This document shows, in pieces, positions 1 through 10,862 of a stretch of 64,000 bases of DNA. The DNA comes from Ranitomeya imitator (Eukaryota). The DNA lies in the NCBI RefSeq assembly GCF_032444005.1, contig NC_091290.1:133796001-133860000 (forward strand), written 5' to 3'. The notes beneath the pieces were generated by a model. The model saw only the letters and a list, made by a program, of their open reading frames with translations, searched no databases and had not been told where the DNA came from. Positions within the stretch are counted from its first letter, which is position 1. Each line of letters starts with the position of its first letter. A program made the position numbers and the translations under genes.

Positions 1-249
1 CCATTCACTTTCATCCTGCAGTCACAGAAGCACATGGAGAGGAGAGGTGTGCACAGTGCCACAGCACATGGGACTGAGGACAGGAGGTGCCTGACCACAA
101 GCTGGGGTGAGTTACTATACAGAGAACATGGGGTGCAAGGGTGGTCTGTGACTGTTCTGGAGGTGGTGGGCTGGGGGAGGTGATGGAAGGAAGCGCAGGA
201 GAGGGGAAGGCAGAAGAGTGCAGGGTGCAATGTCATGATGGACAATAGT

Positions 250-1390
250 GTATGCAGGGATTGCAAGAGGGAATGCAGGGGAGGAATAAATACATGCCTA
301 TGGGACCAAAGGGGTGCAAGGTACAAGGCAGGATACATGATGGGGAGCAGGAAATGTGAACACGATGTGGGGTCCTGGAGAGGGGATCACATATGGGTGC
401 AGTAAAGGTGAACACGTGGGTGCAAGAAAGGTGATCACATATGAATGAAGGAAAGGGGGGACACATGGGTGCAGGAAAGGGGGACACATATGGGTGCAGG
501 AAAGGGGGACACATATGGGTGCATGAAAGGGGGACACATATGGGTGCATGAAAGGGGGACACATGGGTGCAGGAAAGGGGGACACATGGGTGCAGGAAAA
601 GGGGGACACATGGGTGCAGGAAAGGGGGACACATGGGTGCAGGAAAGGGGGATACATATGGGTGCAGGAAAGGGGGGCACATATGAGTGCAGGAAAGGGG
701 GACACATATGGGTGCAGGAAAGGGGGATACATATGGGTGCAGGAAAAGGGGACACGTGGGTGCAGGAAAGGGGGATACATATGGGTGCAGGAAAGGGGGG
801 CACATATGGGTGCAGGAAAGGGGGACACATGGGTGCAGGAAAGGGGGATACATATGGGTGCAGGAAAGGGGGGCACATATGGGTGCAGGAAAGGGGGACA
901 CATATGGGTGCAGGAAAGGGGGAGACATATGGGTGCAGGAAAGGGGGACACATGGGTGCAGTGTAAAGTACAGGAAAGGTGAACAAAATTTAGGGTGCAA
1001 TGTAGGGTGCAGGAAATGTCAAAATGTATGGGTGCAATGTAGGGTACAGGAAAGGTGAACATGTATTAGTGTAATGTAGGGTGCAAGACAGGGGAACACA
1101 TATGGGTGCAGTGTAGAGTGCAGGAGAACTGAACACAAGTGGGTGCAGGAAAGGTGATCACAATGTAGGGTGCATGAGAGGAGATCAATTATGGGTGCAG
1201 GAAAGGGAGACACATGGGTGCAGTAAAGGTGAACACACGTGGGTGCAGGAAAGGTGAACACATGTGGGTGCAATGTAGGGTGCAGGAAATGTGAACATGT
1301 ATGGGTGCAATGTAGGGTGCAGGAAAGGTAAACTCTCATGGGTGCAGTGTATGGTGCAGGACAGATGGGGACAACTACATGGGTGCAGAG
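250..1390. repeat. G-rich minisatellite: 25/23-bp core unit GGGTGCAGGAAAGGGGGACAC(AT)AT at about 410-965, with degenerate related units on both flanks
   Basis: Direct tandem repetition seen in the sequence. It explains the six overlapping low-complexity ORFs at 233-1062. Confidence 0.9.
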
Positions 1391-2099
1391 GAAAAACTAT
1401 ACATTTTGTAAGAGGAATGCAGCATAGAATAGTGTATAAAATGCAGAAATTCCCATAAGAAAGAATAGATCAAGACAAGAACAGATTCCCAAGAGTAGAG
1501 GGGGCGCAGTGTAGAGTGCTGCAGTGAGTGCATGAAGTGCACAGAGATTGCTGGAGCTGCAGTGGGGCAGAGGTGACATGATTGCATAGGTCCAGTAGTA
1601 ATGAGAGGATCCAGAATGTGTGGAGAAGAAAACCAAATAACACCCAGACTCGTCCTCTGCTGGGAGAGAGAAGATGCTCAGTGCTGCAATTGAGGAATAA
1701 TCCACATAGGGGTAAATGCAAGGTGAGAGCATGAGTGCATGGGATGGAGTATTATCAGTGGGGGCTTTGCTGCATGCTTGGGGATATACTGCTGCTTTCT
1801 ATCCATTCACAGACCTTGCGCTGTGCTCCCTGCAGTTCTGCATTGTGTGAGGACACGGCCGCAGACAGATGCATATAGAGAATCCCACCCGCCTGACATC
1901 CTTGTGGAGATGCAATACATACCACCCTCCCCTGCACCTAATATTAGTTTTCAAATTCCACTTTAATTATCTAAACCATAACAATTATAGTACTACAAGT
2001 CCCAGAATTTACTCACATAAGACTTGAGGTGATTGGATTCCAGATTGATATGGGAATCTTGGAAATTTAGAAAGTTTCAGAAAGCGGAAGTTCAGGGTT

Positions 2100-3175
2100 T
2101 ATAGTTTCATTTCATAACGACACTTGTCACTTGCACGTAGTTTTTGAAGGATCTCGGCAGGAGGTTGTTCCAAACATCTTGGAGAAATAACCCCAGATCT
2201 GTGGATGTCGCTTGTGAAATTCTGTCTGTCTCTTTTCATGTAATCCAAAACACACAAGATGATGATGAGATCAGGGCTCTGTTGGGGCTGGATCATCACT
2301 TCCAGGACTCCTCGCTCTTCTTTACCCTGAAGATCATTCTTAATGACATTGGCAGGATGTTTGGGGTTGTTGTTCTGCTAGAGAATAAATTTGGAGCCAA
2401 TCAGATGCCTCCATGATGATATTACATGATGGATAAAGATCTGCCTGAATCTCTCAGCATTGAGGACACCAACTCCATATGGTGAAAGGCATCCCCAATT
2501 TTGCTGGACCCTTCATCATGCTTCACTGTTCCTTTACACTCATTATTTCACATTTTGACTCATCAGTCCAGCGCTCCAGCTGCCATTTTCCCCACACCTC
2601 AGTTCCCATGTTTTTGTGCATAGTGGAGTCACTTGGTGTTGTTCCCGTGTGGTGGGTACGGGCTTTTGGGCTGCATTTCTTCCATTAAGACCACTTTTGC
2701 CAAGATTTCTCCAAACAGTAAATGGATGTAGCTCAGTCTCCCTTATTTCGTGCCAATTCTGAACTGATGGCACTGCTGGACATCTTCCAATTTTGAAAGG
2801 AAGCAACATATGTCTTTCATCTGCTGCACTAAGTTTCTTTGGCCGACCACTACATCTACGATCTTCAGCGTTGCCCATTTATTGGTGTCCTCAATGCTGA
2901 GAAAGAAATATAATTAATTAACTACCTTCAGAGAGGAAGAACAAGTAGTCCTGGGAGTGATGATCTGGCCCCAGAGAGCCCTGATCTCATCTTAGAGTCT
3001 GGGATTACATGAAGAGACAGAAGTAATCTGCACAACAGAAGATCTGGGGTCGGTTCTCCAAGATGTTTGGAACAACCTCCTGCCGAGTTCCTTCAAAAAC
3101 TGTATGTAAGTGACAAGTACCTAGAACAACAGATTCTGTTTTAAAGGCGAAGGGAGGTCACCAAATATTGATTTT
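2100..3175 (-). mobile_element. Degenerate Tc1/mariner transposase remnant (minus strand) plus an inverted partial copy on the plus strand
   Basis: Minus-strand peptides GRPKKLSAADE (HTH linker) and QSPDLIII (SPDLNPIE-like) are Tc1-like. The plus strand at about 3141-3170 reads as a frameshifted LKAKGGHTKY* Tc1 C-terminus. 2452-2472 is the exact reverse complement of 2882-2902. Confidence 0.75.
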
Positions 3176-4756
3176 ATTTAGATTTTCCGTTTTATTTATT
3201 CAGTTAACATTTCGTTTTTAAAGAATTCTTACTTTGCATCGTTTTTTTTCCAAACCCACTGATGTCTTGGGACTGGTCTACAGCCTTATGTTTATGGCGG
3301 TCTCCCAACAGCAGTTTTTGGGGGGGTGGACAAAGGATTGGGCAGTTGGATTTGAACATGCCCAATCCTTTTATTCTCAGGAGAGATAAACCTGCTCTTT
3401 AAGGTTCTGACCAAGACTTATTCACGTCTCACCTTTCTGAACACAGCCAAGCTATATGTGTATGCAGGAGATAGGTGAACCGGTTTTGGCCAAACTGTCA
3501 CATGTGTATGACCAGCTTAGGAATAGATCTTCCTCTGGTGGACCTGAACGTCCATTTATTGGAATGGCTGACTTGTGATACTAATGGGGATTATGTGAAC
3601 TTCTAATCTTTATTTTTACAGCCCTGGAGATGCCCTTTAAATGGTATCTGAAATATAGGGGTGACCGTATCCCCCATCTGTTGCATCCTGCAGCATCTAC
3701 ATGCAGTTCACCATAAGAAGATCGGTATGGTTTTAGGCTTTGTAGCTTCTCATTCCTGACTTTAGAAGTTCAAGCCGTAGACATGTAACCTGTCATTAGG
3801 TTCCCCCCTCCTCGTCATACCAGGCTTTTGAAGTCTCTTTGTTCCTTAAGACATTCCCTTGCAGGTAGCCTTTTCATTTCCTCCTTTTCTTCATTACCCT
3901 TATAATTAGTAAGTCTATCAGACGATCCCACAAAACTCTTTTTCTTTCTAACATTAATGGGAGTGTAGAGGATCTGACCTCCCCGACACGCGTGACCTCC
4001 TCAAAAATAAATCTGGATCCAAATGCAACAAATTTTCACTCCCACGGGACAAAATAAGACCAATAAAACCACAATAAAAGTTCACCATTCAACGATACAA
4101 AACATTTGTGGTGCAGATATCTCGCATGTTCCTTTTATACCATTTTTATGTACATTTTTTTTTCTTTCTTGTATTAAAGTTAATTATTTTAGTAATTGCA
4201 GCTGTTTTTCAAGATGCAAATTATAAAATTCTGGCTACCTCCGGTCACCACTAGAGGGAGCTTACTGTATACCAGTGAATACAGGGTATTGCTATACACA
4301 CTGAACTACTTATATATATCAATGATTGCCAGGTAGAAGTTGCTGGGACTTGTAGTTCCACAGTCACCTGTTTTAGATCTTCTTTTGACCTAGTAAGATT
4401 GACGGCATGGCCGCCGGGGGACAGGTCCCTTTCTGACTGCTAAGTTTAAGGTATAAAACGTCTTACACAGATCAAGTCATCTGAAAATTGAGGTTTGCAG
4501 GAAAAAAACAAATCAGCCCTGCACCTCTGAATAAGAGGATTCAACAAATGTAGCCATCATTTTGGTCATAGGGGGCGCCAAAAGTATTGCATAAAAGTTT
4601 ATGAGAACTTTTGCAGAAAGTGAGTATATAATTAAAGTCATTACTGCCCGTAGGTCCGTCGGAGTTGGCACGTAGACTGGCATGTGTTGACTTGGTGCTG
4701 CAGTTATGTGTGGGCGTCTCTACTTATTTTCTCTCTGCTTTATTCCTTTGGCACAG

Positions 4757-5362
4757 ATGCCTGGACGGCTGAAGACGGCCCTGAAGATCCTAGGCACAAG
4801 CCTTTTTGCGGTGCTGGTGCTGGGGGGCATCCTCGCTGCTTATGTGACCGGGTACCAGTTCATACACACTGACCGCCATCACCTCTCCTTCGGGCTGTAT
4901 GGAGCTATTTTGGGGCTTCACCTCCTCACTCAGAGTCTTTTCGCTTATCTGGAGCACAAACAAATGCGGAAAGGTGGCGAGGGTCTTGTCAGGACCTCCA
5001 GGGTGGCACTGTGCATTGCGGCCTATCAAGAAGACCCCGAGTACCTGAGGAAATGTCTGCAGTCGGCACGACGCATCTCCTACCCGCACCTCCGAGTCGT
5101 CATGGTCATTGACGGGAATTCGGAGGACGATAGGTACATGATGGACATTTTCCGAGAGGTCATGGGATCAGAGGGCACGTGCTGCTATGTGTGGGACAAC
5201 AATTACCACGATGCCCAGGAAGGCGGGCAGGAGGGCGAACGGGGGGTGCAGGAGCTGGTGCAGAACTTCCCGTACACTTGTATCATGCAGAAATGGGGAG
5301 GAAAGCGAGAAGTGATGTACACCGCCTTCCGGGCTCTGGCCGATAGTGTGGATTATGTGCAG
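4757..5362 (+). CDS. HAS3: HAS3 coding exon 1
   Basis: Acceptor GCACAG is followed directly by ATG; donor GTAAGA at 5363. Confidence 0.93.
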
Positions 5363-7796
5363 GTAAGAAACGGCAGATTATTGGGGCATGTTCACACAGC
5401 GCAATTTCCATGTATAATTTTAAGGACTGACCCTATTGTACTACTCACCCTATGCCCAATATATCACTAATGTGCCCTTACACCTCAGAGAACCAAGAGT
5501 CTGGGGACAGTATTCCTCTCCATACACATGCACGCTCAGTTTAGCTGAGTATGCATGTGCTTTTGATGAATAAGTGAGCAACTAATAGACACCTCTGATG
5601 CCATTTGTCAGGCATGCCAACATTGTCTTTCTTTAGGCCCAATAAAAGTCTTATCAAAATTGGTGGGATTGGCCAATATTAATCTAAGGCTATGTTCCCA
5701 CAGAAGTTTTTGAGGCTGTAAAAAGCAAAAAAATTTAAGCAAAAACTGCTTTATTAAGCACTCAGTTTTTGAGGAGCTTTCTTTTCCTGAAACAGTTTTG
5801 GAAGAGTGATTGGACAGTGGATAGTTTGGAGGTTTCCGCTTTCTCATCAATTTCCACCAGGCGTTATTTAAAACCTCTTCAGGGAAAAAAGAAAACTCCT
5901 CATATAAACAGTAAGGAGTCGTTCTGATGGGTTTTCGGAGCAGAAACTCAATTTTTGAGAAGTTTTGAAATTTGCAGGATTTGGAGAGTTTTTGTTCCAA
6001 AAACTCCTTGGAACACTAAGTGTACACATGGCCTAAAGTGGATTTGCCATAGAAATGATTAGAAAGAGTTTTCCAAGTGTTTTGGAAGTAGTTTCTTCTC
6101 CAAGAAACCTCTGTGCATGTATAGTAGTGTCCTCCCTCACGTCTTGTGATCCTGAGACCTTGTGCATTGTCAATCCCGTCAGCCATAATATAGATATAAT
6201 GACCGTGAACGCTCGTGTTCTGTCCTTCACCGAAAGGTAGCAGATTAGAGGAACATAGGAGACTGAAGGAACATTAAAAATTGTAATGAAAACGCTACTA
6301 AAATCTCATCAACGCCATGTAGCATTTTTAGTGTAGTTTTCTGCCGGTATGTGTGAACGTACCCCTAGCTAACAGTGTACAGTCAGTGTCACAGTTTCCG
6401 TGAGTTGTATGCAGATTATGTGGCTCTGATTTCACACTTTGGGGTGAATTCACATCTTGCAGTCTTGGTTGCAAAAATGTCTGCACCTAAAAAATCAGTT
6501 CTACTGAATGGGCGAGTTAAAAAAATTTCTGCAGTAAATTCCACAGCAAATCGGGGGAAGTCGCAATCGCCAATTCATGCTTCCTTTTACCTCTGGTTGT
6601 AGGTTTGTGATTCAGACACTGTACTTGATCCGGCGTGTACCGCAGAGATGCTGCGTATATTGGAGGAGGACACTAAAGTTGGTGGGGTCGGAGGAGATGT
6701 GCAGGTGAGAAGTTTTCTGTTTTTTTATATTTGGTATAGGCAGGGTCATCGTCAGACCATTTTTACATTATGGTACCGACGCATTTCGCACTTTTTTATT
6801 TTATTTGTGCAACTTGATCACAAGTCCCAACTCAACTTCACCAAAATGTCCTTCTGTCGCACACAGATACTGAACAAATACGACTCCTGGATCTCCTTCC
6901 TGAGCAGCGTCCGGTACTGGATGGCGTTTAATGTAGAACGAGCTTGCCAGTCCTACTTCGGCTGCGTCCAGTGCATTAGTGGTCCGCTGGGGATGTATCG
7001 GAACAGCCTCCTGCAGTACTTCTTGGAAGACTGGTACCATCAAACCTTCCTGGGTCATAAGTGCAGCTTCGGAGACGACCGGCATCTCACCAATCGAGTG
7101 TTGAGCATGGGTTACAGGACTAAGTACACAGCGCGCTCCAAGTGCCTGACCGAGACCCCCACCAAGTATTTGCGCTGGTTGAACCAGCAGACCCGGTGGA
7201 GTAAGTCCTATTTTCGGGAATGGTTATACAACGCGCTTTGGTTCCACAAGCATCACCTATGGATGACCTACGAGTCTGTGGTCACCGGCTTCTTCCCTTT
7301 CTTTTTGGTGGCCACAGTGGTGCAGCTCTTTTACCGTGGCCGTATCTGGAACATAATGCTTTTTCTTCTGACCGTCCAGCTTGTGGGCATAGTGAAGGCA
7401 ACCTACGCCTGCTTCCTCCGTGGCAATGCCGAAATGATCTTTATGTCTTTGTATTCTCTCCTCTACATGACCAGCCTGCTACCTGCTAAGATGTTCGCGG
7501 TGCTCACCATCAACAAGTCTGGATGGGGAACGTCAGGGAGGAGAAAGCTGGTGGTGAACTTCATGGGCATGGTGCCGGTGTCCATCTGGTTCTGCGTCCT
7601 CTTGGGTGGTCTCGTGTATACAGCGTACTGCCAAAGTCAGGATCCATTCACCGAGACTGAACTCTTATTCCTGGTGACTGGAGCCATCCTCTACGGCTGT
7701 TACTGGCTGGCATTGCTCAGCTTGTATCTGGCAATAGTCGCCAGGCGGTGCGGGAAGAAGCAGGAGCTGTATAGCTTGGCATTGTCGGAAGTGTGA
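4757..7796 (+). CDS. HAS3: Hyaluronan synthase 3; join(4757..5362,6603..6704,6867..7796), 545 aa
   Basis: The GT2 motifs [13 protein letters not shown] and QQTRW are present. The N-terminus [11 protein letters not shown] and C-terminus LALSEV are HAS3-like. All introns are GT-AG phase 0, total 1638 nt. Synteny with CHTF8/UTP4/SNTB2 points to HAS3 rather than HAS1 or HAS2. Confidence 0.95.
6603..6704 (+). CDS. HAS3: HAS3 coding exon 2 (VCDSDTVLD...GGDVQ)
   Basis: Acceptor TTGTAG, donor GTGAGA, 102 nt. Confidence 0.93.
6867..7796 (+). CDS. HAS3: HAS3 coding exon 3 ([10 protein letters not shown]...LSEV*)
   Basis: Acceptor ACACAG; stop TGA at 7794-7796. Confidence 0.95.
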   Translation: MLNKYDSWISFLSSVRYWMAFNVERACQSYFGCVQCISGPLGMYRNSLLQYFLEDWYHQTFLGHKCSFGDDRHLTNRVLSMGYRTKYTARSKCLTETPTKYLRWLNQQTRWSKSYFREWLYNALWFHKHHLWMTYESVVTGFFPFFLVATVVQLFYRGRIWNIMLFLLTVQLVGIVKATYACFLRGNAEMIFMSLYSLLYMTSLLPAKMFAVLTINKSGWGTSGRRKLVVNFMGMVPVSIWFCVLLGGLVYTAYCQSQDPFTETELLFLVTGAILYGCYWLALLSLYLAIVARRCGKKQELYSLALSEV

Positions 7797-9858
7797 ATGG
7801 AAACCTTTATATAGATTGTTGAGGATATGGCGGAGTCAACCAAATATAAGATTGGTAGGCCTTGCTTCCAAGATGGTAGAAGTGCGGTCCTATTAGAGGG
7901 TCAGTTCTCACCAGCAATGTCTTACTATGCAAACATATACCTCAGGCAAATCGAAAAAGAAAGAGAGCAATTTGCCAAAGCAATACGAGCCATAATCGGC
8001 ACAGCCTTAACATATCCGTAAAATGTTGTAACGGTACGGTGCCACAAACCTGCAACTGTGCGAAAGTTCTACGAAGCCCCACCGCCGGCGGGAAGAGGCT
8101 ACTCAGACGACGCAATCCATAACCCATGACAAAAAATACCGTAAAATCCTGCAAGACGATATACGGACACGACGTCTCTCCTACCGGGCTGTCGAGATGA
8201 TTATTCCCGGCATGAATGAGAGTTGCATGGCGTTACATTATGGGGATGTGATTGCGGTGGTAATTCTCTAATAACATATAGGGATTAGTGCAATAAGAAA
8301 CCTTCTCCTTATTTAGATGGGGTCTATACACAGCAGTGGCACAAATATCTTTTATTTAGGGTGTACTCACTTATGATATCTAGTTTTGGGAAGGCTGATT
8401 AACAACCAAGATGGCCACTGACCATAAAGGATGCCCATCCAATGCGTATAGTGGTGCTCTGACTATCCCCGACAGCATAGGCGGTAATACAGGTTTAGGC
8501 AGCGCCTCTCATGTCTGCATTGGGTATTGCACGCTGGTAGGGGACAGTTGCAGTATATGTGCCATGGTATCGCAGGGTCTCTCATCGCCCTATGCAGAAA
8601 TGAGAAGCACTTCACAACCCCTTTATGTCGGATCCTTTGTTCTCAGGTATAATGGAGGCTTATTTCTCTTTACCATGGACACTTGGCTGAGTGGTCATGC
8701 ATTTGTATAAAGGGAGTTAGCGGTCAGCCGAACTGAGCGATCAGCCCTAGTCTGTCTTCTGCATTTCACAGTCCATGCACGGCCATCTTTGGGTCTCATA
8801 TATGCCTATGAGGCTGCTAGGTCAAATCCAGTCCAAAAACTGGACTTGGTGCATACACTATGAAATTCATACGTTTGAAGCAGGTCTTTCAGCTAAGTTC
8901 AATATCTGAAGCAAAATGGTGCGGATTTCCTGCAGATTTCACCCTTTTGCATTGTTTATGAAATCTCTGCACCAAATGCAAACATACCTATCAGTGTCAG
9001 CAGATCGGATCACTATAATTAAATGTGCAGATAAACCTCAGATTCTTCTGTCCACTTTCCATGGGTGCACGAAGCTTATGGTGGATACCCTCAGACCCGT
9101 CTCATCTAACATCTTCAGAATAGAATGATATATCATCCCTTTATGCTGTGGCTATGCAGTGCCTCCCCCCATAAGTGAGTGCAACTTGAACATTTGCTCA
9201 GGGCTATGTCTCATCTCCCATGCTTCTATGGTTTACAGGGAATTTCAGTGCTTTATAATATGCATCGTACATATGACACCATCAGCCTCGGCTCCAGCTC
9301 TCAGGGTTTCCCAGATACAGGCGAGGGTTGGGTCGGTCCTATTACATATAATTTAGAGTAATATGTGGACGATTCAGCAGCTTCACGTTATATAAAAAGG
9401 GTTGGGCAGAGATCGATCGTGTTCTGCAGGTTCCATTTTCATCCGTCCTCGGTCGTCTTCCACCACGTGCCATAAAGCAAACTCTATGCACATGGCCGAA
9501 TTCGGCACGGTCTCTGCATGCAGCATGAACAAGGACAAGTTCCGGGGTCCACGTCAGTTCGTTTTAACTTTGTACACGTTTGGAATCTTTTACAAAAATG
9601 TATTTATTTTGTGATTTGCATTTTGGAAATCGTTCTTTTTACAATGTTCATAGAATAAAAAGACGGATTCAGAAGAGACAATGCATCTCCGCGCATCCGA
9701 CTACACAAAAAACTTTCTCTTTTACAAAATGCATCACTACTATGGTCAGTGCCCCCATTACTGGACCCATGAGATTAATATTTCCTGGGGATCAAAGATC
9801 TAAATAATGGGTGTAAGAAATCCATATTACCGCCTCCTACAAAAAAAGTCATAGTTAA

Positions 9859-10197
9859 AGGGGTTGTCCAGTTCAAACAAATTCTAGGTGGTATCGTATT
9901 GATATTGAGTGGGGGTCTGACCGCTGGGACTTGCACAGATCCGTAGAAAAGGGACATTTTATGCACATGCTCGACTGCTGCTCCATTCATTCCTTATGGG
10001 GGCTGCTGACTTGGCGCTAGGATTTTTACATAAGCCCCCTAAAGAATGAATAGAGAGGCGGCTGGGGGTCTGACCTGCTGCTCCATCTATTAAAAGGATA
10101 AAAGTTCCCATATTGGTGCGTCTCCTGAGGTTCAGACCCCCGCTATGTTATGACCTATACTGTTAACATTCGATAACTTGTTTTCTCAGGACAACCC
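9859..10197. mobile_element. T2/Kolobok-type MITE (TTAA-flanked, AGGGGTTGTCC...GGACAACCC termini)
   Basis: TTAA at 9855-9858 is followed by AGGGGTTGTCC. The inverted terminus GGACAACCC+TTA lies at about 10189-10200. Confidence 0.55.
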
Positions 10198-10200
10198 TTA

Positions 10201-10396
10201 GGGCTCCTTCTCACTTGCGTGAAATACGGCCGAGTCTCTCAGGTTAAAACCTGGCTCTGCCGTCGGCACTCCAGAGCGGTGCGTGCGGCTGCAAAGCAAT
10301 ACATGGAGCTGCACGCTCCGCTCTCAAGTGCCGGCGGCAGAGCCGGGTTTTAACCTGCGAGACTCGGCCGTATTTCACGCAAGTGAGAAGGAGCCC
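10201..10396. mobile_element. PIF/Harbinger-type palindromic MITE with TTA target-site duplication
   Basis: TIRs GGGCTCCTTCTCACTTGCGTGAAATACGGCCGAGTCTC and its reverse complement; TTA at 10198-10200 and 10397-10399. Confidence 0.85.
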
Positions 10397-10637
10397 TTAT
10401 AAAGAGAATCCCCCCTGACTAAACATTTTTGAGACGCCCTAACAAATACATGGTGCGATTACATATACTGGGTGGTCCTAGGTGTGCCAACCGAGGATTT
10501 GGAGGAATAAAATGACAGACTGCAAAGTAGCAGTCTACTAGGAATTGAAGCTCACATCTTCTGGTCCCTAAGGAGTCCAGGGTTGCAGATGAAGTTCTGC
10601 TCCATCACAGTGCACCACACCGACCGTCTCCTGCTCC

Positions 10638-10862
10638 TCACACCTTCTTAGGCACGTTAGTGATGATAGGTTTTGGGCGGGTTTTAAAAATTATCTTCCT
10701 CTTAATCAGCGCGGTTACATTGTACTTTGTCTCCGTCACATCTCCCGTGTCCATTGCGTCTGATGAGGAGCTGGTGCTCTTCACCAGAACGGCAAAAGGC
10801 TTCTCAAGACGAACGACTTTACCGTATAATATGTGATGTCCGATGATAAGAACAGGAACCCC
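10638..10862 (-). CDS. CHTF8: CHTF8 last coding exon
   Basis: Minus-strand acceptor CTCTTCTCCAG; [15 protein letters not shown]...PKKV-TGA. Confidence 0.95.
   Translation of the reverse strand, partial: GVPVLIIGHHILYGKVVRLEKPFAVLVKSTSSSSDAMDTGDVTETKYNVTALIKRKIIFKTRPKPIITNVPKKV

Noticed and set aside
233-1339. Cys/Pro/His-rich or Gly-rich ORFs of up to 255 aa
   Set aside because: They are open in nearly all frames because of the minisatellite, with no domain signature.
4440-4470. TATAAAA as a HAS3 promoter
   Set aside because: The ATG directly follows a splice acceptor, so the true first exon lies further upstream and could not be located.
5608-6000. 130-aa minus-strand ORF in HAS3 intron
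   Set aside because: AT-rich low-complexity composition, no recognisable motif, non-ATG start.
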